From assembly GCA_902797185.1 (NCBI GenBank), contig CADBRV010000052.1, positions 129-64,128 of the forward strand: DNA of 64,000 nt, written 5' to 3'. Position 1 is the first letter of the stretch. Each line of letters opens with the position of its first letter. The position numbers and the translations under genes were made by a program. Source of the DNA: an uncultured Lachnospiraceae bacterium (lineage in GTDB: Bacteria; Bacillota; Clostridia; Lachnospirales; Lachnospiraceae). Below are positions 20,101 through 27,969 of the stretch, in pieces. Under the pieces are notes generated by a model. It saw only the letters and a list, made by a program, of their open reading frames with translations. It was not told the DNA's origin and did not search any database.

Positions 20101-21647
20101 GTAACCTGCGCGAAGAGCTGGTGGAAATACCTAAACAGCGGCTGGTGGTGCTCTGCCAGTACGGCCAGCGGGATGTCATGCCCCATGGAAGCCGTGGGCT
20201 CGGAACCATTTTCCGCCATCGGGAGGATCGTATCCTTTACATCTTCATAGGTATAGCCGAATACCTTGTAAAGGCGGTCCCTCATTTCCTGGCTGTTGAC
20301 CGGGATCTTGTGGTTCGGGATCGGCAGCTCCTTGAGCTGCAGGATGTTGCGGTTGAGCCACTCGCCATAAGGCTGCCTGGTGGCGTAGCGCATCTTGCAT
20401 TCTTCATCGGAGATAATCTTTTTCTGTTTGGTATCAACCAGGAGCATGCGGCCCGGCTCCAGCCTGGACTTTTTGATGACCTGGTCTGCCGGGATATCCA
20501 GCACGCCGACTTCGGAAGCCAGAATCAGCCGCCCGTCTTTGGTCAGGTAATACCTGGAAGGGCGCAGGCCGTTACGGTCAAGGGTGGCACCCAGGATATC
20601 TCCATCAGAGAAGATCAGGGCTGCCGGCCCGTCCCATGGCTCCATCATGGTGGCGTAATAATGGTAGAAATCTTTCTTTTCCCTGGACATGGCGTCATCA
20701 TGCTTCCACGGCTCCGGGATCACTGCCATCATGGCAAGGGGCAGTTCCATCCCGCTCATATAAAGGAATTCGATGGTATTGTCCAGCATGGCGGTATCAG
20801 AGCCTTTGGCGCTGATGACCGGATAGATCTTGTCTAAATCTTTCTCCAGGTAGGGGGAGTTCATGGTTTCTTCCCTGGCAAGCATACGGTCCACGTTGCC
20901 GCGGATGGTATTGATCTCGCCGTTATGTGCCAGCATCCTGTAGGGGTGCGCACGGTCCCAGGACGGGAACGTGTTGGTGGAAAACCTGGAGTGGACGACT
21001 GCGATGGCGGTCTTATAAGACCTGCTCTGCAGGTCCTCGTAGAACTTACGAAGCTGCCCTACCAGAAACATGCCCTTGTAGACAATGGTCCTGGAAGACA
21101 TGGAAACGATGTACGCGTCTTCCGCGCTCTGCTCGAACTCGCGGCGGACGACATACAAACGGCGGTCGAAATCAATGCCTTTTTCGCATTCTTCCGGACG
21201 CTCAAAGAAGCACTGCATGATGTGGGGCATACACTCCACTGCCTTTTCGCCCAGGATTTCCGGATGGACCGGCACTTCCCTCCAGCCGAGGAATTTCAGC
21301 CCTTCCTTTTCCGCGATGACCTTCAGCATACGCTTGAGCATCATGCATTTCATTTCATCCTGCGGCATAAAGCACATGCCAATGCCATAGTCTCCGGCTT
21401 CTTTAAGCTCTATGCCGGCTTCTTTTGCTGCCGGCTTGAAAAAATCGTGGCTGATCTGGAGCAGGATGCCGACGCCGTCACCAACTTTGCCGCTGGCGTC
21501 TTTGCCGGCACGGTGCTCCAGCTTTTCCACGATATGTAATGCATCATCCAGCACGTGGTAATCCTGGTGCCCGTCAATGTTGACGATGGCGCCGATCCCG
21601 CATGCGTCATGATCCATATGGCTGTATGGCCTTTCGTTTTGATTCAT
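17127..21647 (-). CDS. gltB: Glutamate synthase large subunit
   Basis: 1506 aa. Contains the Ntn amidotransferase start (DACGIGAIV), FMN/3Fe-4S central domains and a C-terminal GXGXG beta-helix domain. Confidence 0.95.
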   Translation of the reverse strand: MNQNERPYSHMDHDACGIGAIVNIDGHQDYHVLDDALHIVEKLEHRAGKDASGKVGDGVGILLQISHDFFKPAAKEAGIELKEAGDYGIGMCFMPQDEMKCMMLKRMLKVIAEKEGLKFLGWREVPVHPEILGEKAVECMPHIMQCFFERPEECEKGIDFDRRLYVVRREFEQSAEDAYIVSMSSRTIVYKGMFLVGQLRKFYEDLQSRSYKTAIAVVHSRFSTNTFPSWDRAHPYRMLAHNGEINTIRGNVDRMLAREETMNSPYLEKDLDKIYPVISAKGSDTAMLDNTIEFLYMSGMELPLAMMAVIPEPWKHDDAMSREKKDFYHYYATMMEPWDGPAALIFSDGDILGATLDRNGLRPSRYYLTKDGRLILASEVGVLDIPADQVIKKSRLEPGRMLLVDTKQKKIISDEECKMRYATRQPYGEWLNRNILQLKELPIPNHKIPVNSQEMRDRLYKVFGYTYEDVKDTILPMAENGSEPTASMGHDIPLAVLAEHHQPLFRYFHQLFAQVTNPPIDSLREKIVTDTTVYIGSDGNLLQETNRNCRVLEVNQPILTGVDLMKIKALDRDGFHPQTVSILYFKNTSLKRALDQLNIAVDRAYANGKNIIILSDRDVDENHVPIPSLLAVSSVEQHLVRTKKRTAVSLILESGEPRDVHQVATLLGFGARAINPYLAHESIAEMIDRGILDKDYHTAIDDYNSALLSGVVKVAAKMGISTIQSYQSARIFEAVGLSKELVDEYFTGIPSRVGGIGLKEIADGVTWRHDHAFDPLGLGVDTALDSTGYHYLRSGRDKEDHLYSPEVIVTLQQAVRTGDEKLFRQYTNMVDDPGKPHTLRGLMDFVPAGEPVPIEEVESVDSIVKRFKTGAMSYGSISMEAHETLAEAMNRIGGKSNTGEGGESASRYGTIYNSAIKQVASGRFGVTSAYLNSAVEIQIKMAQGAKPGEGGHLPGKKVYPWVADTRFSTPGVSLISPPPHHDIYSIEDLAQLIYDLKNANRDARISVKLVSEAGVGTVASGVAKAGAQVILISGFDGGTGAAPRSSIHSAGLPWELGVSEAHRSLVENGLRNRVAIETDGKLMSGRDVAIAALLGAEEFGFATAPLVCMGCMMMRVCSKDTCPVGIATQNKELRSRFRGKPEYVIRFMRYIAQQLREIMAQLGFRSVSEMVGRTDCLKVREKQMTDRSKKLVLDAILDTTYAGAKDSCFDPAHVHDFHLEKTLDLSTLLPAFQDAIDGKEEASHETSVKVCSTDRAFGTILGSEITRHFGNTLDEDTFVIHAQGGGGQSFGAFIPQGLTIRLVGDANDGFGKGLSGGKLVVTAPEGSPFDPSKNIIIGNVAGYGATEGKIYAAGIAGERFMVRNSGATAVAEGCGDHGLEYMTGGRAVILGPTGKNFAAGMSGGIAYVLDTDHVLYRHMNTELDCLHDLTDKYDIAELKDILKDYVKETNSTRGKEILAHFNDYIPDFKKIVPEGYQKMLTAISKYEEQGISHENAVYEAFEEVAG

Positions 21648-21668
21648 AGTACTTTCCTTTTCTTAAAA

Positions 21669-21803
21669 GCGATCCTTGCGATGCACTAGCCGCATCGTCC
21701 CATGTCATCACCCGAAGGGTGGTGACGCATGCCACGCCCTCACGCGAAGCGTGATCTTTCATGGCGTGGCTTTCCTTAAGGACGATTTGGAATGCGGCGT
21801 CTG
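21669..21803 (-). repeat. Modular hairpin-forming intergenic element, copy 1 (long form), in the gltB 5' leader
   Basis: Shares GCCGCATTCCAAATCGTCC...GGACGATGCGGCTAGTGCATCGCAAGG with copies at 38064-38220 and 26537-26614. Contains nested hairpins GCCACGCC/GGCGTGGC, TCACGC/GCGTGA and GTCACCACCC-ttcg-GGGTGATGAC. Confidence 0.6.
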
Positions 21804-21944
21804 CCCTTGTCCCTTGGGGTGCCTCGGGACCAGCTGCTTAGGCTTTTCAAGAGAGGGATACTAAGGGGACGTAATCAATAATATCTAGTACCTCTCTTCC
21901 GCAAAGCACAAATGGCCAAGGCCACCGGTCTTGACCGTTGGGCT

Positions 21945-24062
21945 TTAGCGAAGGGAATAAAGCATTTCTCCGTAAGTCGGATACGGGATGTATTCGTCCG
22001 GGATCAGCCCTTCTGCCACATCCACGTCCTTACGCAGCTCTTCCATATCTTCGAGGATGACGTCGTGGTAATACCTTGCGGTCTCCAGCTCACCTTCCCC
22101 GTCCTGTTCAATCTTGACGGTATCTTTGTGGAGCTTGTCGATCTTCTCCAGGATGCTTCCGCCAAGGCTGTCCAGCTTCTCCAGCATGGCCGTCTCATAC
22201 TTGCATGCAACGGAGAGTCCGAGTTCTTTCTTCTTGGAAGCGGTCTCTGCGATATCCTTGGAATAATTGACAAGGCCCTGGGTAAAGTCTTTGCGGACCA
22301 TTTCCTGCATCGCCAGGGATTCGATATGGATGGTCTTGGAGTAGTTCTCCAGGAAGATTTCATATCTGGAATCCAGCTCTTCTTTGGTAAATACGCCAAA
22401 CTTGGTGAACAGTTCCACGCTCTTGTCGGAAACCAGGCGCGGCATGGCATCCGGAAGGGACTTCAGGTTGTCCAGGCCTCTCTTTTCGGCTTCTTCAATC
22501 CATTCATCGGTATATCCGTTGCCGTTGAAGAGGATCCTCTTGTGCTCTTCCAGCATGTCTTTCAGCACATTATATACCTTCTCCTGGATTTCGTCTGCCG
22601 GAGTATCTTCAATCTTGCTGTAAATTTCGGAAAGCTCTTCTGCTACAGCCGTGTTCAGGATGATGTTGGGGTCTGCAACGGAAAGGGAAGAGCCCGGCAT
22701 ACGGAACTCGAACTTGTTTCCGGTAAACGCGAACGGCGATGTCCTGTTACGGTCTGTGGTATCTTTCGTGATGTGCGGCAGCACATCAGCGCCGATGCTC
22801 ATCTTGGTCTTGCCCTTGCCGACGAATTCGGTGCCTTCTGCCAGGGATTTGAGCACGCCTGCCAGCTCGTCGCCTACAAAGATGGAGATGACTGCTGGTG
22901 GTGCTTCGTTGGCGCCCAGGCGGTGGTCGTTACCGGCCGTAGCTACGGATACACGCATCAGGTCCTGGTATTTATCTACAGCAGCGATGGTTGCGACAAG
23001 GAATACCATGAACTGCATGTTCTCAAGCGGTGTCTTGCCCGGGTCAAGGAGGTTCTCGCCCTTGTCGGTAACCAAGGACCAGTTGTTGTGCTTGCCGGAG
23101 CCGTTGATGCCTTCGAATGGCTTCTCATGAAGCAGGCAGGCGTAATTGTGTTTGTCTGCCACTTTCTTCATGACTTCCATGGTCAGCTGGTTGTGGTCTA
23201 CGGCTACGTTGGCGGTTTCAAATACCGGCGCCAGCTCGTGCTGGGACGGTGCAACCTCGTTGTGCTTGGTCTTGGCCGGTACGCCTAATTTCCAAAGCTC
23301 GTGGTCCAGGTCATGCATATATTCGGAAACCTTCGGTTTCAGGACGCCGAAGTAATGGTCTTCCATTTCCTGTCCCTTGGGTGCCGGGGCGCCGAACAAG
23401 GTACGGCCGCACATCAGAAGGTCTTTCCTCTTCAGGTACATGTCCTTGTCAATCAGGAAATATTCCTGCTCGGAACCTACCGTGGTATCCACATGGGATA
23501 CTTCTTCGTTGCCGATCTTGTGCAGCACTTTGACTGCTTCCTGGGAAAGGGCTTCCATGGAACGAAGGAGCGGGGTCTTTTTGTCCAGCGCCTCACCGCC
23601 GTAAGAGCAGAAAGCCGTCGGGATGTAAAGGGTCCCGTCTTTTACAAATGCAGGGGAGCTCGGGTCCCATGCCGTATATCCTCTTGCCTCAAAGGTGGCA
23701 CGCAGCCCGCCGGAAGGGAAGGAAGATGCATCCGGCTCGCCTTTTACCAGCTCTTTGCCGGAAAATTCCATCAGCACGGTGCCGTCCGGGTTCGGGGAAA
23801 TGAAGCTGTCGTGCTTCTCTGCCGTAAGCCCGGTCATCGGCTGGAACCAGTGTGTGAAATGGGTGGCACCTTTTTCAATTGCCCACTCTTTCATAACGGC
23901 TGCTACTGTATTTGCCACATCCAGTTCAAGATGGGTGCCGTTCTTGATCGTTTTATGGACTGCCTTATAGATATCCTTCGGCAGACGGTCACGCATGACC
24001 GTGTCGTTGAATACCATGCTTCCGTATTCTTCCGGAATTGAGATTGTTTTTGTCTCTGCCAT
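21945..24062 (-). CDS. glnN: Glutamine synthetase type III (~700-aa class)
   Basis: 705 aa. The N-terminus [35 protein letters not shown]...[12 protein letters not shown] is characteristic of GS-III as known from Bacteroides/Butyrivibrio-type enzymes. Confidence 0.85.
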   Translation of the reverse strand: MAETKTISIPEEYGSMVFNDTVMRDRLPKDIYKAVHKTIKNGTHLELDVANTVAAVMKEWAIEKGATHFTHWFQPMTGLTAEKHDSFISPNPDGTVLMEFSGKELVKGEPDASSFPSGGLRATFEARGYTAWDPSSPAFVKDGTLYIPTAFCSYGGEALDKKTPLLRSMEALSQEAVKVLHKIGNEEVSHVDTTVGSEQEYFLIDKDMYLKRKDLLMCGRTLFGAPAPKGQEMEDHYFGVLKPKVSEYMHDLDHELWKLGVPAKTKHNEVAPSQHELAPVFETANVAVDHNQLTMEVMKKVADKHNYACLLHEKPFEGINGSGKHNNWSLVTDKGENLLDPGKTPLENMQFMVFLVATIAAVDKYQDLMRVSVATAGNDHRLGANEAPPAVISIFVGDELAGVLKSLAEGTEFVGKGKTKMSIGADVLPHITKDTTDRNRTSPFAFTGNKFEFRMPGSSLSVADPNIILNTAVAEELSEIYSKIEDTPADEIQEKVYNVLKDMLEEHKRILFNGNGYTDEWIEEAEKRGLDNLKSLPDAMPRLVSDKSVELFTKFGVFTKEELDSRYEIFLENYSKTIHIESLAMQEMVRKDFTQGLVNYSKDIAETASKKKELGLSVACKYETAMLEKLDSLGGSILEKIDKLHKDTVKIEQDGEGELETARYYHDVILEDMEELRKDVDVAEGLIPDEYIPYPTYGEMLYSLR

Positions 24063-24093
24063 TGACGCATCTCCTCTTTGACCTACACTTTTC

Positions 24094-24141
24094 AGAAAAA
24101 GAAAAAAGGCACTTCAAGAGTTTTCACTCTTAAAGCGCCTT
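24094..24141 (-). terminator. Strong intrinsic terminator inside the glnN leader (candidate attenuator)
   Basis: Minus strand: AAGGCGCTTTAAGAGT-gaaaa-ACTCTTGAAGTGCCTT (16 bp including 2 G-U) followed by TTTTCTTTTTC, about 35 nt before the ATG. Confidence 0.65.
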
Positions 24142-24261
24142 TGCTTGGTGTTAACTTTACCACAATGTTTTTTGTGCCGCAACACCGAATTGGATTTTTT
24201 CTATACCCTTTTTACATAAGCAATATTCTTCCTGGTTATGTCTGCCGCAATTTTCATAACG

Positions 24262-26508
24262 TCAGAGAAAGGTCAGGCAATCCGGCTGCCAGGAAAGGAC
24301 CCGCCGTTTCATGCCTTCGATATCCAGCACGCCAAAGGCAAAGCCTTTGCGCACCAGCTCCTGCGGGACATATTCGTCATACTTGTCAAACAGGGGGACT
24401 TCCTTCGGATAAAGAAGCTCCATGGGGTCAAAATCCTTTACCGCCTCTTCCGCGGTAATCCGGTAAAAAGCATCCTCGTCCGCCTGCATCGTAAACATCA
24501 GGTAATACGGCCTGGTGGAGCTGAAGCCTTTGAGCCCCAGCCTGCTGCCGCAGCGGATTTTCAAAAACCGCTCCAGCGCGAGGAAGGCATAGCTGCCGAG
24601 CCAGGGAAAAAGCACCCACATCTTCCCGCCCAGTGGGATCAGCGGGCGCCCTTCCATCCCCGCTTTTTCAAAGGTGCCGCGGGCTTCCTGCAGCCTGGCG
24701 GCTGCGTGGGGCATCAGGTAAGGGTATGCCTTTTTTTCCGAAAGCACGCCATGCATCCGTTCCAGGATCCGGGTATGGATATCCCCGGCCTCGTCCCCGA
24801 AATAAGCGGGGACCTTGCCCTTCACCAGGGTGCAGTAGACTTCCTTCCTCTTGTGGTCCACTTCGTCCACTGCCCAGGCCCGCCCCGCGATGGCGATCTT
24901 TTCCCCGATGGGAGGCGGGTTCACGATGGTGCCCAGTTCTTCGGAGCCCGCATGGACTTTATATTCCACATTCTCCTTGAACACCGCGTAAAACTTGTAA
25001 TTGTTGACAACCCGCTCGCCCGTAAGCCCCAGGATGAGGCCGTCGTTTTCCGTCCGGTTGATATGGTCCGTCTCCAGAAGGTGCCGCAGCAGGATACGGA
25101 AATCATCCTGCGTGATCCTCCGGAAAGCCGGCAGCGGCAGAACCCGGGATGCCAGCTCCGCCGGCGTCATTTCCCCTTGGGATGCCAGCGTGCTCATCGT
25201 CTGGTGGTAAAGCAGGGAAAAAGGCAGTTTCCGGGTCCTGGGCGGCTCCACGAAACGCTCTTCCAGGTAAAGCTGCACCAGGGCGATCCCCTGGACCAGG
25301 TACCACGGGATCAGCTCCGGCAGCATCGCCCTGGCCTCGGGATGGTCCTCCCGCATCACAAACCACATCTCGGAAGGCTCGCCCCGGCGGCCGGTCCTCC
25401 CCATCCTCTGCAGGAAACCGGAAACCGTGAACGGGGCGTCGATCTGGAACGCCCGCTCCAGCTTCCCAATATCGATCCCCAGCTCCAAAGTGGCTGTAGC
25501 GCAGACGCTCATCAGGGAATCGTCGTCCTTCATTTCCTCTTCGGCGCTTTCCCGGTAAGAGGTGGAGAGGTTGCCATGGTGGATCAAGAAACGGTCCGGC
25601 TCATGGTTTGCCTCGCAGTACTGCCGCAAAGTCTGGCACACCGCCTCGCACTCTTCCCTGGAATTGGTGAAAACCAGGCATTTCTTTTCCCGGGTATGCT
25701 CAAAGATATAGCCGCAGCCCGGGTCTGCCGTCTTGGGTGCATGATCGGTAGGCTCTTCCGTCACCGGAGGCTGGATCAAAGCGTCTTTCCCTTCATCCGC
25801 CTGGGGATTGCTGTTAAAAAAGTGCTCCATGGACAGGCGCCAGACTTCTTTTTCCCCTTCGAATTTCGGGATAATGGTCCCCCGTCCGCTTCCGGCAGCC
25901 AGGAATTTCCCCGCCTCTTCCGGATGGCCGATGGTGGCGGTAAGGCCGATCCTCCTGGGGTGGCAGCCTGCCGTCTGGCTGAGCCTCTGGATCAGGCAGA
26001 AAACCTGCCCTCCCCGGTCCGCCCGGAGCAGGGAATGGACCTCGTCAATGACGATAAACCGAAGGTCCCCGAACAGGCTCGGGATCTCCATATGCTTGTT
26101 TATCATCAGGGCTTCTAAGGATTCCGGCGTGATCTGCAGGATCCCGGAGGGCTTTTTCAAAAGCTTTTTCTTCTGGGACTGGGACGCGTCGCCATGCCAT
26201 TTGGTAACCCGGATGTCCGTATCCTCGCAAAGCTCCATGAGCCTTCCATACTGGTCATTGATCAGGGCTTTCAGCGGCGCGATATAAAGGACCCCTACCG
26301 ATTTTGGCGGGTCTTCCTCCAGCAAAGTCAGGATCGGGAAGAAAGCCGCCTCCGTCTTGCCGGAAGCCGTGGATGCCGTAAGGAGCACATTTTCATCCGT
26401 ATTAAAAATGGCATCCCCTGCCGCGTTCTGGACCGCCCGAAGGTCCCTCCAGCCGGAGCGGAAAATATAATCCTGTATAAAAGGCGCGTACCGGTTAAAA
26501 ATATCCAT
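24262..26508 (-). CDS. DEAD/DEAH-box (Lhr-like) superfamily-2 helicase; SngC-like component of a Shango-type cassette
   Basis: Motif I ASTASGKTEA, motif II VIDEVHSL, motif III TATIG and motif VI QRMGRTGRR, plus a ~300-aa uncharacterised C-terminal region. Confidence 0.8.
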   Translation of the reverse strand: MDIFNRYAPFIQDYIFRSGWRDLRAVQNAAGDAIFNTDENVLLTASTASGKTEAAFFPILTLLEEDPPKSVGVLYIAPLKALINDQYGRLMELCEDTDIRVTKWHGDASQSQKKKLLKKPSGILQITPESLEALMINKHMEIPSLFGDLRFIVIDEVHSLLRADRGGQVFCLIQRLSQTAGCHPRRIGLTATIGHPEEAGKFLAAGSGRGTIIPKFEGEKEVWRLSMEHFFNSNPQADEGKDALIQPPVTEEPTDHAPKTADPGCGYIFEHTREKKCLVFTNSREECEAVCQTLRQYCEANHEPDRFLIHHGNLSTSYRESAEEEMKDDDSLMSVCATATLELGIDIGKLERAFQIDAPFTVSGFLQRMGRTGRRGEPSEMWFVMREDHPEARAMLPELIPWYLVQGIALVQLYLEERFVEPPRTRKLPFSLLYHQTMSTLASQGEMTPAELASRVLPLPAFRRITQDDFRILLRHLLETDHINRTENDGLILGLTGERVVNNYKFYAVFKENVEYKVHAGSEELGTIVNPPPIGEKIAIAGRAWAVDEVDHKRKEVYCTLVKGKVPAYFGDEAGDIHTRILERMHGVLSEKKAYPYLMPHAAARLQEARGTFEKAGMEGRPLIPLGGKMWVLFPWLGSYAFLALERFLKIRCGSRLGLKGFSSTRPYYLMFTMQADEDAFYRITAEEAVKDFDPMELLYPKEVPLFDKYDEYVPQELVRKGFAFGVLDIEGMKRRVLSWQPDCLTFL

Positions 26509-26536
26509 GAACTGATTTTCCTTCCTGCCCTTCTAA

Positions 26537-26614
26537 ACGCCGCATTCCAAATCGTTCTTCGTACGATGTGGCTAGTACATCGCAAAGAATCCTCCCGCCG
26601 GCGCGGGTCCCTCC
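26537..26614 (+). repeat. Modular intergenic element, copy 3 (short form, inverted orientation), between the ATPase and helicase genes
   Basis: Plus strand: GCCGCATTCCAAATCGT-tcttcgt-ACGATGTGGCTAGTACATCGCAAAGAATCCTCCCGCcggcGCGGG. It lacks the two internal hairpin modules found in copies 1 and 2. Confidence 0.6.
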
Positions 26615-26634
26615 TGGAGAGTCCATCCTCTCCG

Positions 26635-27966
26635 TCAGATCGTAAACTCGGCGTAGTTATCATCTGCTTTATCCGAAACAGCTTCCGACTTCGCGTAGGA
26701 AAACTGGTCCGACTCCAAAAGCTGCGCCGGGGTCATGGACGGGTTCTGGTACAGCAAGTCCAAAAGCTCGATAAAATCCCGGTTTACCTCTCGGGGCGTG
26801 ATGTTCTGGTCCGCCCCGATCCGTTCATATTCGATCCGGATAAAAGAAGCCAGGTCCCGGGTCGTGATTTTCTTTTCATAACCATATAAGCCCGCATGCA
26901 TATCCGCCAGCTTCTCGCACAGCACCAGCATCTCGTCCACTGTCAGCGGATCCAGCCGGATCACCGGCGCCAAAAGGTCCCTGGCCCCGGGCTTTGAGAA
27001 CTTCCCTTCCGCCAGGCGGGAGCGCAGCGCCTCATAGCTGTAAATGCCCCGCCTTTTGTCTTCCAGCGCCTGGGGCGTAGCGCCCATGATGATGCCCAGG
27101 TACTTTGCCTTGCCCTGGAGAGTATCGTTGTACATCATCAGCATCTTTTCGTAATTGTACTGCCGGGTGATGGCGTTGGGGATCTTGGAAATATTCACCA
27201 GCTCATCGAGCATGACCATCATGCCCGCATAGCCCGCCAGCCGGAAAAATACGGCAAACAGCTTAAGATAGTCATACCAGTCATCATCAGAAATAATGAT
27301 ATTGACCCCCAGCTCCGCTTTTGCCTCGCTTTTTAGGGTGTATTCCCCGCGGAACCATTTTGTTACTTTCGCCTTGGCCTCGTCGTCCCCTTCGATGTAA
27401 GCGTGGTAATACATGGAAAGGAGCTTCGCGAACTCAAACCCATGGACCAGCTCGCTGACCGCCGAAGTGACCGCGTAAATCTTCTGGTCCACCAAAGCGG
27501 TCAGTGCCGGATCCCCCGGCGCAAGCCCGCTTTCCGCAACGGCAGAGCCCTGCACGCTGCTGATCCAGCGGTCCAGCACCAAAGACAGCGCGCCGCCCTC
27601 CGGCTTTGTCTTCGTGGACAAATTGCCAATCAGCTCACGATAGGTGGCAAGCCCCTGCCCTTTGCTGCCCTGCAGCCGCCTTTCCGGGGAAAGGTCGGCA
27701 TCCACGACAATAAACCCCCGGTCCATGACGTAATTGCGGATCGTCTGCAGCAGGAAGCTTTTGCCTGCCCCATACCGTCCAACCACAAACCGGAAAGAAG
27801 CGCCGCCCTCTGAAATGATATCCACATCGTGCAAAAGGGCTTCCATTTCATTTTTCCTGCCTACGGTTATATAAGGCAGGCCGATCCGGGGGACGACACC
27901 GCCTTTTAAAGAATTGATGATTGTCTGGGCAATCCGCCTTGGTACCTTTTTCCTGGTTTCTCCCAT
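26635..27966 (-). CDS. DUF2791 / BrxC-BrxD-type P-loop ATPase; SngB-like
   Basis: Walker A GRYGAGKSF and Walker B MVMLDELV. Length and layout match my recollection of the DUF2791 family. Its start codon lies 4 nt downstream of the stop of the TerB gene. Confidence 0.65.
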   Translation of the reverse strand: MGETRKKVPRRIAQTIINSLKGGVVPRIGLPYITVGRKNEMEALLHDVDIISEGGASFRFVVGRYGAGKSFLLQTIRNYVMDRGFIVVDADLSPERRLQGSKGQGLATYRELIGNLSTKTKPEGGALSLVLDRWISSVQGSAVAESGLAPGDPALTALVDQKIYAVTSAVSELVHGFEFAKLLSMYYHAYIEGDDEAKAKVTKWFRGEYTLKSEAKAELGVNIIISDDDWYDYLKLFAVFFRLAGYAGMMVMLDELVNISKIPNAITRQYNYEKMLMMYNDTLQGKAKYLGIIMGATPQALEDKRRGIYSYEALRSRLAEGKFSKPGARDLLAPVIRLDPLTVDEMLVLCEKLADMHAGLYGYEKKITTRDLASFIRIEYERIGADQNITPREVNRDFIELLDLLYQNPSMTPAQLLESDQFSYAKSEAVSDKADDNYAEFTI

Positions 27967-27969
27967 CTG

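Noticed and set aside
21840-21900. Long imperfect inverted repeat (AAGAGAGG…CCTCTCTT) after the glnN stop as a terminator
   Set aside because: There is no U-run on the mRNA strand and the loop is large (about 34 nt). It may be a processing or stability element, but a terminator call is not supported.
21912-23288. 458-aa plus-strand ORF; similar long ORFs at 23301..24041 and 24238..26118
   Set aside because: They are antisense to the type III GS and the helicase genes. Composition is low-complexity, no motifs are recognisable, and the minus-strand genes are unambiguous.
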